NCBI GenBank assembly: GCA_003971905.1
Contig: RSEE01000055.1
Coordinates: 186,001 to 250,000, forward strand
Source: Moniliella sp. 'wahieum'
Lineage: Eukaryota
Length of the DNA stretch: 64,000 bases
Reading direction: 5' to 3'
Of this stretch, positions 25,328 to 38,666 are shown piece by piece (position 1 is the stretch's first letter; every line of letters begins with the position of its first letter). The notes beneath the pieces are model-generated. The model made no database searches, had not been told where the DNA came from, and saw only the letters and a list, made by a program, of their open reading frames with translations. The translations under genes were made by a program, and so were the position numbers.

Positions 25328-26423
25328 TCACTTAGACCGCGGCGAGGAGGGATCAAGAGGTGGCGAAGGGAGAAGGGAGGTGTCATGCTCATCTCCACAG
25401 GAAGCCTTGAGGTTCCCGTCAGTAGCACCAAATACGGGTGCTTCATCCGAAGAGAGAGAAGGGCGGGAGGAGGGAGGTGAACCGCTAAAGTTTCCGTCGA
25501 TGACGCTCAAGGGGATAAGCCTGGGCGCCGCAGATAAGTCATTGCCAAAGATGGAATGGGAAGGCGAATGGGGCGGTAACGTATCCGAACTACCGTCGCG
25601 CTGAAGCGAAGGAGACATAGTAAGGGAAGAAGGTGCAGAAGTCTGGACCAAAAATGCATCTCCCATACTCGCATACGGATAAGCCCATTTCGTCCCGATG
25701 AAAGTCCAGAGGATGCCAGAACCGCCCTCCCCCTTCGTCTCCACGCAGCTGATGGGGAGGGAATACGGGCAGAAGAACGGGATATAAGGTCCAATGGGAT
25801 TTGGTCCAGGCGGAGTGTTGTAACAGGGAGCATGACTTGGTCCGATTGTCTAGAAGAGGCGAATGAAGGCGTGCTTCAGAGCGCAACGCAATAGCAGAGG
25901 AGCAGCGATGAAGCTTAGAAGTCGAACAGGAGCTGGACAATCGCACATGGTGCACTGTTTTTGGTAAGCGTGAAGAACGGGAGCCTGGGCTTGCCAACCG
26001 ACCACCACTGGTGGTGGGTGTGAGGGGGCTCGGAGGTAGAGGAAAGTCCCGCCGAGAACGTGAGCGTCGAGATGAACTCGAGCGTGCTCCGGCAGTATGT
26101 GATGTACGGGGTGGGATGAGAAGAGCGACGGGAATGTACGGCCTGAATGTGGAAAGGGAATGCTTTCTGTCAGTCGTTGCTGCACCCTGGGGGACAGAAG
26201 AAAGAGAATGAAACATGCCTATTCAATCGAGCCATTGTGGGACGGAGTCGGGTTGGGGAAGAGTTCCTTGGAGGAGCAAAGGGACTCGGTTTGGGAATGG
26301 AGGGGCGGTCGAGCAAGGGAGTGCGCTCAGTTGGCATCGTTGGCAAATGGATGGAGGAAGGAGGATCAGGTTCAGGAATATCTTCCGTGAAGACAGAGCG
26401 AGGGCGCGCCGCCGACTCAGGCA
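25328..26423 (-). CDS. Hypothetical Ser/Pro-rich protein, fragmented across frames
   Basis: Protein-like ORF pieces MPESAARPRSVF...PTERTPLL... and ...SSDTLPPHSPSHSIFG...; no recognisable domain. Confidence 0.35.
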
Positions 26424-29267
26424 TGGGAAGAGGTAGGTGTACCACGAAGCCCCGTCGACAGTGGAGCTCGGCGGGCCGACATGGTGGCTAGATAGATATC
26501 GTCGTCGAAGACAAAGAAGGATATCGACGAAATGGAAGAACTAAAGTAGCTACGGAGATGCTGGGTAGCGGGTAGTAACTGCAACAAAACGAGTTGGCGG
26601 CGGTCGGATCGGAGAGAAAGAATACGATAAACGGTATGTACATTTGAAGGCCGCATGGACGTGGGGACGTGACGTTATGTGATGGAGAGGTTGTTGTACA
26701 TGGTGATGTGACCAACAGGCGGGCACGGGAGTGGCGACTGAGGCCTGAGGCTCCTCAGGCCTGAGGCCTGAGGTTAGTACGTTCGTAGTACTGAGGACTA
26801 GGTACCGACTGCTACCGCGAGTGTGCGTGCCTTGGAGTACTATCGTGACTAGTGACGCCGGTATAGTGATTTGGGTACCGCGTCGTGCATGCTGTTCCCC
26901 CATCTGTTGACAATTTATAAGCGCCCACTACTACTACTAGTCGTGTGACTGTGAGCTGCTGGAACGACTTTTGATATACGTACGATGGCATGCGATGGCG
27001 AGTAGCAAACGGGCAAATGTGGCTGTGTATACAGTCGGATCTCAGCCTTGGTGGAGAGTGCTACTATCACGGATTGACTAAGCTCGCTCCAACTTCCAGA
27101 TCTGCACCCCGTGTATCCCTCGCTCTTGAGCCCCTTTCCCTTTTGCTTCTGTTTTCCCTACCTGACGCCTCTCTTGTTTTCTCCCACGAACGATGTTGCC
27201 ATTTCCTCCGTCGCTGACAGGAACTTGGTCTCCCTTGTCTGGCTGGCCCCGACTGTTACTGCTGCTTACCGATTTTATTCTCTACAAGCTTGATATGAGA
27301 CTGAGCCAGAAAGAACAAGTCCAACCGCCCCAAAGTACCATAAAAAGCTTGAAGGCGAGATTGGCTGAAAAAAGGTCAAAAAACGGGGACGAGTTGGGCG
27401 AAGGAGGTCAGGGGGGGCAAGCCAGCATCCTCACGTTAACAGGGGCTCCGGTAGCCTAGGACCATTGGTTTCGGTTATAGCCAAACGAAAGAAGTAGCGG
27501 CGCGGGGGGCAGAGCATCGGCGGTGGCCACCTCTCACGTGGGGAGTTTTGCTGATTTGGAGGGGTTGAGGCGCTGAGGCCTGAGGGCATGGTACCAGGAT
27601 TTTGGCCCAGATTGAGGAGGTGATGCGCAATAATGAGCAAATAAGGCCCAAGGGGGCAAGATGTGCTGAAAGGGGCTGGGACTGTGGGCAGGATATACCA
27701 CAGCACACGCGGTGCACAGAGAAGCAGCTCGGAAGCAAGATGTGTGGGATGTTGATTTTGACAAGCGTGTGATAATCGATAACATGTAACAACAGTACCT
27801 ATAGTGACTATAGTGACTATAGTGACTAGTGACTAGCTTGACTAGCGAAGCTAGTGACCAGAGTAGCTAGTAAGTAGTAAGGACACATGCTCGATAGGTA
27901 GTCGATGTGGTGATGCGTGCGCATGTGTTACATGTTACGCCGTGGCCAACTAACTGGCCCCAATCAGAACTTAATCAGATGGCCTCGAGTGACTGGAGTG
28001 AGCGCTGAGTCTCAGCACTGATCCAGGGAGCTGATCACGAGAGCGCGGGGGGTAACCCAGTAACGCGTAAAGTGTAACACGGCGGAGCAGGAAATACATT
28101 CCGTATTGAGAAGACAAATACATATGAGTCGCGAGTGGAAGTACTGGCGGTGTTGGTCGTGAAGAGAAGACTGGTGCGAGAAGCAAGAAGCGCAAAGGTT
28201 GTTCATAGGAAAAATAACATCCACACACATCATATAACACTACTAGGACCTAGCACATGCCTGTGGAATGAAAGAGGTGAAGCGGGGTGACCCGGTGACG
28301 TAGGGTGAAGCTTCAAGATAGTTGTAGAGGACCCGTTTGATTGGGAGCCGACTAAGTTCTGCCGCGATGAAGCTTGAAGCTTAAAGCTTGAAGTATGTGT
28401 ATCCGTTATTCGGTACCCAGTTACCGGTTACTAGGAGTGGCGAGAAGCATGGGGATGGGCCTGTGATGCATGCTGTGTGGCCAAGGGAAACGAAATCCGC
28501 GCTCAGATATAGACTCAGGCTGCGCAGGCTCAGCGCCAAAGTGCTCACGCGAACAGGGGAAAAGAAGGCGTGTGGTGGCGACGGCGGCAGCGGCGGTTAA
28601 TATACTTGACTGACCAACATCATGTTGTCACAGTGTCACATCATAATCAATGCCCCGTGGGTCACACCGTCACACCGGCGGGTCAACCTGGGTCACCTCT
28701 ATGGTGAAGCTTGAAGGAGAAAGCTAGTAAAAGGTGGTACGGCCGGTATCCCCGGTACCTGGATTCGCATTCTCCCGAACTGTGGCATCGGAAGTCATCG
28801 CCATGGCACTGTCTTGCAAAGCTTTGAGGGTGAGACAAGAAACCCCAGTGGGCCTCTATTGGGGCATCGTCCCAACAGGCTCGCGCACCCGGCGTGTGCT
28901 GCTTGCTCGTGCCAGCCCGCTCGTGAACCCGCATTTGACTCGCCAGCTGGTCATGCAGGACCCGCTGGCTTCTGCCAGCCGTTCACTTCCAAACTGTGGA
29001 TGTAGCGGAGTGGATACGAGTAGGAGTGGTAGACGTGAGTATATTTCCCCCTCTCTCCCCAAACATATCGAAGCTTCACCAGCTTGAAGCTTCGAACGGC
29101 GCTGCATGTTAACTCTCACCTCATGGCCGGCATGACATTTGCTCGCATCTTGTTTGTATAGTAGCACACCTCCTATTCCTGCTCCTATTCTAGCCGATTT
29201 GACTCTGACACAAAGGTGGGAATCGCGACCTGAGGTCACCAGGGAAATATTAGTGGTTGGAACGTTC

Positions 29268-31909
29268 TTACAAGTCCTCGTGGGCGGGCACCGTGGGCTT
29301 CTCTGATGCCGATGACGACGATGAAGAAGCGGACGAGGTAGCCGACGCCGAGGACGAAGCGGTCTGTTTCTTGGGAGGACGCGTCTTAGGAATGCGGCGT
29401 TTCTTGAGCTTTTTGATCTGCTCGGCCAATTTGGTGTGACGCTTTTGCACATCGGCAACCAAGATGACCGGATCTTGCTTGGGGTTGCGCTTGGCCTGGA
29501 CTTCCGTCCCTTCAGTGAGCCACTTGTCGTCCTTTGTTGATGGAGTTGGACAGCGTGTCCAACTCGGCAGCACTGTACTTGGATGCCGTCCCCTCTGCCA
29601 CGGCCTGGGTCAAGTTGGCCTTGGCTTGCGCCACAAACACGCGTGAATCCTCTAGCAGTTCCCGGAGAGCGGCCACCGCCCAGGCCTGCGGAACGCCTCC
29701 TCTGCTCTCTTCTCCACAGCAGACACTGCCTTCTCCATCTCGGTCAGCCGGAGGCGAAGCACAGCAGCGTCCGCCGCCTCCCCTTCCTCGGCCAAGAAAT
29801 TGAGGTTGTCCTCGGCGCCAGTGAGAGCAGTGTTGCGCTCGGCCGATGTAGAGTAGGTCCAGAACTCCGACTCTTGGTCCGCCAGTGCCGGGTCGGCCAG
29901 TTCACGGACACGATAAGCACCCTCTAGCAAGTTGCGCAGCTCCTCGCGTTGGACCCGCCGTTCCTGCTCACGATCAATGGCTTGCAGACGATCCTTGCCC
30001 TTCTTGAGCTGAGGCGCAGCCAGCGGTACATACGGGCCCGTATAGCTCGTCTCTACTTGAAGAGCAAACGTTTTGGGCCGCGTCACCTGCTCGGTCTCGG
30101 TCGGCCTCGGTCTCGGAGGTGGTAGAGGTTTCGTTGGCTTCCCCTGTCGGCGTCGGCGTAGCGGCCGCCGAGGACGAAGTAACGCCGAAAAAGCCTTAAG
30201 TGCAGAAGCAAGGCCACCCTTGCTAGCAGGCGGGTCCACCAGGAGCTGAGCAAAGCCACCAGCAAAAGTGCCAAGCGGCTTGCTTGCAATCGTCACGTTC
30301 ATACTCGTCTTCACGTCCGACATGAGTCCCTGAGACTGCAAATCAGCCAGGGCAGACGAGATTCCAGTAACGTTGATCGTGGCGTACGGCTGACCGTCGG
30401 CACGGAGCGAAAGGACAAAGTCTTCCTGGGCATCGGCACCAGTATATTGGACCAAGTGGCTCTCCTTCAATGGCGTCCCAGGGCTGATGAGCACAATCGA
30501 CTCCTCATGGCCGTCCCGTTGAGCCGAGACAGGGTGGAACGCAGCGTCGAGCGCACTCACACTCTTCATCCGGAACTGGGGGTTGAACGAGGCGCCGTAG
30601 AAGGCGGCCCCCATCACATTCGCCTCGTCGGCATTCACGTTGGCGGCAAAGGAGGTAACGCCAGCGTCACGGAGTGCCTGTTGAACCAAAGGAACGCGTG
30701 AATTGCCCCCCACCAAAACAACCGAGTTCACGTCTTTCAATGCAAGGCCCGCACGAGCCAGCGCATCCGTCACAGGCGAGCCAAACTTGACTGTGAGCCC
30801 CGCCGCAAGTGCAGCCTCCTCCAGCTCTTCCCGCGAAAGGGTGCCACGCCAATCCGCATCCTCCGCCAGTGACTCGACGCTGCTTGTGGCGACTGCGTTG
30901 GCGGAGAGGACGTGCTTGACACGCACCGCCTCCCGGAGCAGGCGAGACATGGCCCTCGGGTTCTGCTGTACAGGTGCTGCCAGCGCCTTTCCTCCCTGCC
31001 GGCGTAGCTGCAAACTTTTGCGCCAACAGGTCGCGCACCAGCACGTCCAGGGCCAAGCCACCCGCGTTGCGCGACCAGCCGGCGCCCAGCACCTTGAGCG
31101 TGGTCGTCTCCTTGGGCGTCGTACCAATGGAAGGAAGGATGCTGTCGGGTTGAACCTGCTCCGTGCGGAACTCAACAATCGACGCTTGGGTGCCGCCGGC
31201 ACCCGAGTCGTAGAAAATGTGGCGTTCAGGGTGGGGAAGGTGCGGGTCAAGGCATACGAAGTTGCGGCCGCCAGACCATCCGATACGAGGCGGGGCGCAT
31301 GCCGGCCAACTGTGCCGCATCAAACAACGCTGCCCGCTCCCAAGGAGTAAAGTAAACGGGAACATGAGTACCACATCCAGGCCGCCCAGACTAGAGGGCA
31401 TGCTAGAAGGTAAGAAGAACGAACTTGCTCCCCCGCGGTCTCTTCGGCCAGCTTACGCATGTGCGTCAGTTGCATGGCAAGGATTTCTTCGGTGAAAACT
31501 CTGCTCGGAGGTGGCGCGGCGCACTTGGATGCTTCCGTTGGAATGGCGCACGTCAGCGAAATGGAGGGCAGAGTGGAAGGCAGCCGCAGGATCGGCAGCA
31601 GAAGGAGAACCGAGCAGGGCCTTGAACGCTGGAACGAATCATGGGGCACGGGGACGAAGCAGCATCAGCATCAGATCCAAACAACCTCTCCTCGCCCTTC
31701 CAGGCGACCGAGGAGGCAACCTTGCGCTTGGAGTCGCGTCCCAATACGACATCAAACGGGACGCCAGGCTTGATGAGGGCGCCTTTCATGAAGGCCGTGC
31801 CATAGTCGATGGCGACGACGCCCATGGCGTGTGCCGAGGGAGCCAACGCAAGGACAGCGACGAGCGCCAAGAGCGCCGCGAACAACGTGCGCCCAGCGCG
31901 GAAGCCCAT
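29268..31909 (-). CDS. LHS1: ER lumenal Hsp70-family nucleotide exchange factor Lhs1/Grp170/HYOU1
   Basis: Signal peptide; VVAIDYGTAFMKGALIKPGVPFDVVLGRDSKRK; IFYDSGAGGT; VKHVLSAN; VVLVGGNSRVPLVQ; NVNADEANVMGAAFYGA; C-terminal HEDL. Confidence 0.92.
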
Positions 31910-32275
31910 TGGAGACAGGGAGCCAAAGTGTGGGCGATGGTGGGCGCTGAGGGCGGATGGGCGCGAGCGCGTGAAGAAATAATGGCTTGGGCTACACGTG
32001 GAAGAGGCGACAAGGCGCCACGTGGATGGCTGCCACGTCAGCCTGTTCTCCGCCGTTCTTGGCGCTGTTTCAAATTGCAATCGGGTACGGCCTCTTGCTT
32101 AAAGCTTAACGTTTTTAGCGTTACACGTTACACGTTAAACGTTAAACCAAGCCCATTGGCAGCTGTTCGGCTCATGATGCATGATCTCTAACCTGGCTAC
32201 TTGCCTTCGAGCCCTCGAGCCTAGCGGGTTTTCTATTCCAGACAGAACAAGAGGTGGGATTTTAACGTAATAGGG

Positions 32276-32400
32276 CGAGAGCCAATAGAAAGAGAAGATC
32301 GAAAGAGAGGGAAGGAAGGAAAGGAAGAGGAAAAGAAAAAAAGAGAAAGGAAAATGAAAAGGAAAAGGAAAAAGGAAAAGGAAAAGGAAAAGGAAGAGAA
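32276..32400. repeat. Polypurine tract with (GGAAAA)n units
   Basis: About 120 bp almost exclusively A/G on the + strand. Confidence 0.85.
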
Positions 32401-32923
32401 CGAAGCAGCCCCTGTGCCCTCAAAAAATGGGGGCACAGGCCCGGAGGGCCCGGGAACAAACTGGAGAATAGACACGTCGAAGAGGCGAGGAAACCGGTGC
32501 CCAGAGAATGCAACAGGGTTTTTGTGGGTTTGATTTCTGATGGACACAGCCAGAAGCAAGGGATCGGATTCTCCAAAGCAGAAAGGGGTATAGCAAGGGG
32601 CCCAGAGCCCGCAGGTGCGGGCCCGGGGCCCAGACGCTAGGCCAGTTCATCCAGAGAGAAGAAGGCCGGCTCGAGAGAAGTAAAAGTGGCTCATCAGGCG
32701 TCGGCAAGGGGGAAAAAACTTGTCAAGGGGACTGAGAGCATACCGGATGAAGGCGCCAGGTGATCCTTGCTGACTGCCCGCGGTTCAACACTCGGTAAAC
32801 CGTCTCGTCCGAGTCGGACTGGGGGACGTCGTCCAGGCTGAGTTCGGTTGCTCCCATCGTCTCGGTAACAGGAACCGGTGCAGGCATTCCTTCGTACGGC
32901 TGACGAAGGAGGTAAGCGAAGCG

Positions 32924-35157
32924 TCAAAACGACTCGCGCCTAAGTACCTTGGGTGTCTGTTGCTTCGCACCTCCAAGAACGTCCAGGCCCGGCTGCGACA
33001 CCTGGCGCGCCATAGGCCATTCACGGTGCGCCTTCCAAGGTGTCGGGGTGGGAGACAAAAGACGCTCCAGCGAGCCGAAAACGCTGGCGCGCATGGCTGA
33101 CGGCGAACCTGGGACGAGAGTTGGACTCGGTGTCACGGGCTCCCACACCGAAGGGGATGAAGCAGAGGAAACATCCGCGAGCGAACCGGGCGAAGCCGTG
33201 AGGGTGTCCACAGTGAGCTCGGGAATGATCTGCTCCGACGAGGCGGTCTCGACCTGTGGGGCGGGAGGGCGAGAAGCGCAGGAGAGGTCGACCAATGGAG
33301 TGTGGACAGCCTCGTTCAGCACCAATGGCGAGCAAATCGTCTCGTCTAATAGGGAATTATTCTGCTCCACCGACTGTTCTGCCCGAGCTGGCCAATGGGC
33401 ACAGCAGGTTGAGAGAGAAGTTCGGGCATGGTGTTCGAGCGTGGTTTGCCCTTGCCCAAGGTTTCCTCTGGGATCGACAGCAGTTCCAGTCCGGCAGTAG
33501 CCGTCAGGGCAACTCTGTGCTCGGCGACGGAGGCAGCCTCGCAGGTGCCGTGAGAAAGGCATCATTGGCATCGGGGGCGACGTGGGCGTAGGAAGCAGAT
33601 CCATTGGGGCGCCCGAAACAAAGAGAGCGGTACCAATCCTGTCAACGGCCCGGCCGCAGTGCGACGACGGTGGGAAAGTGATGAGACGACATGTGCCTCC
33701 TTGTTTGGCCGCAGGCCTTCAAGGGGCTCCACGGCAGAGCGCTTACGAATCATTTGGCTGGGGTCGGGTGCGAAGGGCGCGAGGCAGATCGCACGGTTCA
33801 GGAGCAAGGAAGCCTGGACCGGTGGCGTCACCAGTGAGGAAGGGAGAAGGCTGTCGCTCGGGTAAAACCGGTTTAGGGAACGAGTTCATCGGGATCTCAA
33901 TTCCCCGAAGCTCCTCCGGGATGCACGAGTTCCATGACTTGATCTTGTTGAATTGCCGGGTCTGGTCATTGTACCGGAACTCTGACACGTACAACTGCTG
34001 CGTATCACGATCCCACACTTCGCTAGTTGGGCGGCCACGGATGTAACGGGTGTAGAACATCACAAAGCAGCGTTCGAGAATGTCTTGAACCTTGTGGTCC
34101 ACCATGAGCCCAGTTTTGAACACCTCATTGGGAATGAATTGGCGCGAGGCGGGATGCACCGTCTCCTCAGGACGATGGTACCAACAGACCGAGACGTAGT
34201 ATTGCCCAAAGGGGGGCAAAGCGGGTTTATTGGCCGAAAACGGGATTTCATGCCCCGAACGCGCCTTCTGGAGCACTTTGAAAATTTGGCCGACAATGGG
34301 CTTGCTTGGATCCGAGGGATTGAGCAGATGCACCCAGTCGCCAACGCGATAAGTTTGGCCTTTAAAGTTAACATGATCCAACACCACCTTCTCGCGGTTA
34401 TGCAAGCGGGCGTGCGAAAGCAAGTCAGCCGTCGAGGACGCCAGCAGCTCGGAAGAAACTGGGCCAAGAGGAGCATCAGTTACGAAGGGATGCTGCGCCG
34501 CCTCTCCCGGACCGACGGGCACTGAGGTAAAGGGTGTCGGCTGCACTGAAGTGAGGTGAGCAACGGCGTCCATGTGCGCCTCAATCGCCTCCATTGAACT
34601 GAGAGCAGGCCAAGCAACGAGCTCAAAGTAGATATGCTGGAGACGAGCCACTTGACCATAGGCGGCGGTACCAATTGGGTTAGTGACGCGGGCGTTGGAG
34701 AAGAGGCGCATCATGTCCTGCTCGAATTCGGCAGGCGAGCCGTAATCCTGGTGATCAATCTTGGCTTCAATTGCGTGAAGGGAGATGGGATCGGAGACCT
34801 GAAATAATACAAGAGGGGAGAGGTAAGACGTCAGAGAGCCTCAAGCCCAAATGCCATGCCGCATACGTACCTTGCTGTAGTACTCAGCGTCGGTGTTGGG
34901 ATCAGGGCACAATGCCAGCTCATGGAGGGCCATGAACGGGGTCGGGTCCCGGGGGTGACGGGCCGGGGATAGGGTGACCAGATGGTTAACTACCGAGGCG
35001 TAGACGGCATGGGCCTGGGCTCGGGCAGTGTCAGGCGCATCAGAGAGGCGGCGGGATGAAGCCACCCGAGGTCCGTGGGGCTGGGAGTGCGCACAGCAGA
35101 GGGAAGCGGGTGCGAGGGCGGGAGGAGGCGCGGGACCTGGCCCTGCGTTGGCATCAT
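32924..35157 (-). CDS. Bromodomain + BAH protein, RSC1/RSC2-polybromo-like; ends uncertain
   Basis: Bromodomain (DAEYYSK, intron 34799-34870, VSDPISL...EFEQDMMRLFSNARVTN); BAH (YRVGDWVHLLNPSDPSKPIVGQIF...VCWYHRPEETVH...NEVFKTG...CFVMFYTRYIRGRP...FNKIKSWNSCIPEE). Confidence 0.82.
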
Positions 35158-36162
35158 ACCGGTGGATGGAGCCAGGGAAAAACGCTGGGGATGGCAGGAG
35201 TGGCAGCCATGGTGTGAGTGGGGGGCGTGAGGGGCCGTGATCAAACGAATGTGTGGCGAGTGGTGGGAGAGCCGGAGAGAGAGACGCCTGCCGGCAGGCG
35301 AGAGGGACAGTGGACCAAAAGAATGTGGGCGGGGCGCAGAGGCCAGCGAGTTGGAGAGGAGGGGAAGGCAGAGATTGCCGTCGATTGAAGGCGGCGGGGG
35401 TGGTGGGTGGTGGTGGTGAGGTGGTGCAAAAAGAGGAGGGCAGCGAGCAAGCCGTCGCCAGCACCCCACGCGTCACTGTGGCCATCATCGCTCGGGCTGC
35501 CCGGTCCCTGTCCATGTCAGGGCATCATGCTTCAGGGCATGACCAGCTGATCAATGAGGAAGGCGTCCCGCAGGTACTGTGCCCCCGTGGGCTGCCGCCG
35601 ACGCGTGATGCGTGAGGAGCAGGGTGACTAGGTTCAGGCTGAAGCAAGGCGCCAGGGCGCTGTGCCAGTGTCTCCACCCGCATAGGGACAGTATGATTTG
35701 CGGCTGAGTAGCCCGACAGTAGCCCTATGCCCTACTGGGCTGAGTGGGTAGCGGGTGCGTGCCGCGAGGACAGTGGGCAGCTGCTGATACATGAGTTACA
35801 TGTCATGCACATGTACGTAGGCAAGGCCAAGGCACACATGGCCAGTGTATGATCGCTGAGTGGATGCAGGCATCCGCAGCAACTGCCCCCGTGCGCGCAC
35901 CCTCTCGACAGGTGGGCAAAGTGCTAGTCAACGTTCAACGTTTCAACCACCACCAACCAACGACCACAGCAGCGTCGCCATGGATTTGGCCTCCTTTGGG
36001 GGCCACCGGTAACCGTACCACATGTAACGGCTGTAATAGCAACGTGTTTTCAATGCCTGGGGCCGGTTGAACCAGTTATATGATACGCCTTCAGTCTGCT
36101 TCTTGCTAGTTACTGGAATACTTCGTTTCCAAGTCCTTCGCTATTTAAAAATTGATCAAAAA

Positions 36163-36258
36163 AGCTCCAACTGGGATTCGAACCCAGGTTTCGGGAAGAT
36201 ACCAAAGGCGGTACGCCCTAGTCAAAATCCCACTTCCTAACCACTGGAAGATCGGAGC
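36163..36258 (-). tRNA. tRNA-Gln(UUG) with 24-nt intron (36198-36221)
   Basis: Acceptor GCTCCGA/TTGGAGC + U73; D-arm TTCC-AGTGGTTA-GGAA; anticodon stem TGGGA/TCCCG around TT-TTG-A; T-arm CTGGG-TTCGAAT-CCCAG; T-run terminator. Confidence 0.93.
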
Positions 36259-37938
36259 TTGATGAGCGCATGCTGTCTGTACACTTTGAACAATGTGAAT
36301 GCACTGCAATTGGCCCGTTCTTCGATGTAACAACCCACATCAACACTTTCCCCCCCATCATTAATCAACAGATAAAGAGAATTACTCCAACATGAACGAA
36401 GATAGTATGGGGGTTGCCACGTTCAATGCTCACACAGAAGAAAAAATGCGCCCCGTAGCATATATATATTGTGCACGGCACGGGAAGCGCCAGAAAGACC
36501 CGAAGGAAATAGGACCAGCCGGCAAAAGACTCCGTTGTTCTGCACTAATGCACACTCTACTATGAAATCAATCTACGAAAACGTAACAAGGCTGGTTGGC
36601 ATGCGACTACCAGCATGCCAATGACTTTGGGTGGGGGCCATGATGCATGACGTGGGCGACACCGAGAGGGGAATATAGAAACCAACAACACCGCGCGGGC
36701 CACAAGAAGCGCCCCCTCCCCTGCCAGCGATGAAGAAGAGAATAACTTCTCAAAGAGGCATCACCTCCACTAGAACAGAGCTGCCTCCCAAAAACGCATA
36801 CGCGCCGACCGTGACAAGAATGAGCTCCAAGTGGGCGAAACCAATGTGTCGACCCGCAGCGCCAATCCCCTGTGCCTTCGAGCAAACTTACGTTGCCTAG
36901 TGGACAAGCAAGCAGAGTTAAATCGGGTCTTCGAGTTGCGAAAGGGACTTCAGACCAAGCAAGCTGCCCAAGCGCGTGTAGGATGGCACCTCGGCGGAAT
37001 CCAAACCAGTGTCGGTTAACGTGACGAGAAATTCTATCAAGGCGACCGATCGGAAACGCGCTAGCTACATTAGGCGCCTAGAGTGGGAGAACGAACCTGC
37101 GGACGTCATGCTCCAAAACAATGCAACGAGACGCGAGCATGCGCCCTCACAACCGCATAGTCTATGAAGTGCAGCTTGTTTACGGTGTTTCTAGTATGAT
37201 CCGAGCCTGCCCGATGCTGTAGGCGTAATGTCTGACCAGATTTCCCGCAACCCAGCCGAACTGGGCCGCGGCACTTGCCATGGAGAGAAAGACGGTCAAC
37301 CTCCTGACCGTGTGGGATGCTCTGTAAGCAGTAGAGGCGAGTCGCTTTGGAGGCACACATCTCTGGGTCCACGTTAACGTTGGCAACTGAGGCCATGACC
37401 GTTTGGCATCTCCCAGAGACTGTTTTACCAGTACGATTTGACCGGCCCGTCCCTTCAACCAGACCCTCCCAATTCTGAGGGGGATCGGCCATCCGTGTTT
37501 TCACACGCCGAGCGAGCCCCGCCTTTGCCGCGCGCCATGCAGATGAGGTCTGTCACATGTCACGTCAGCTGAGAGGCAGGTCTGCGTCCTGGGTGCTGTC
37601 TGTGTAGCACAGCGGACATAAATGTGAGCTGGCAGGAGAGGCGGCGCGGTGTGGAGAAATGGCCTCTTCGTTTGTACAACGCTCGATACCAACGTTGGCC
37701 GTACGATGCGATGCACAGGTAGTGGTGCAAGAAACAAGCAGGGGGGCAGGTTATTGTTGTTACATGTTACAGGCCATCTGATCTGCTGCGCTGTGGCGGA
37801 TTGCGGGGGGTTACGTCAGCGGAAGCCCCGCCTTGCGGCCGCTGTGGATCCGCGGAGCAAGTACCAAGTATGGCTTGAGTGCCAGCTGGTTTGCAGCGTC
37901 GACCACCACCACCCACTCCCCCCCTCGTCCCCAGGACA

Positions 37939-38666
<728 letters not shown>

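Noticed and set aside
28740..29050. Possible structured ncRNA (SRP, RNase P/MRP, snRNA)
   Set aside because: No diagnostic conserved motifs recognised by eye; an Infernal/Rfam scan would be needed.
36600..37504. Short ORFs between tRNA-Gln and SEC4 as a gene
   Set aside because: No recognisable domain or consistent exon structure.
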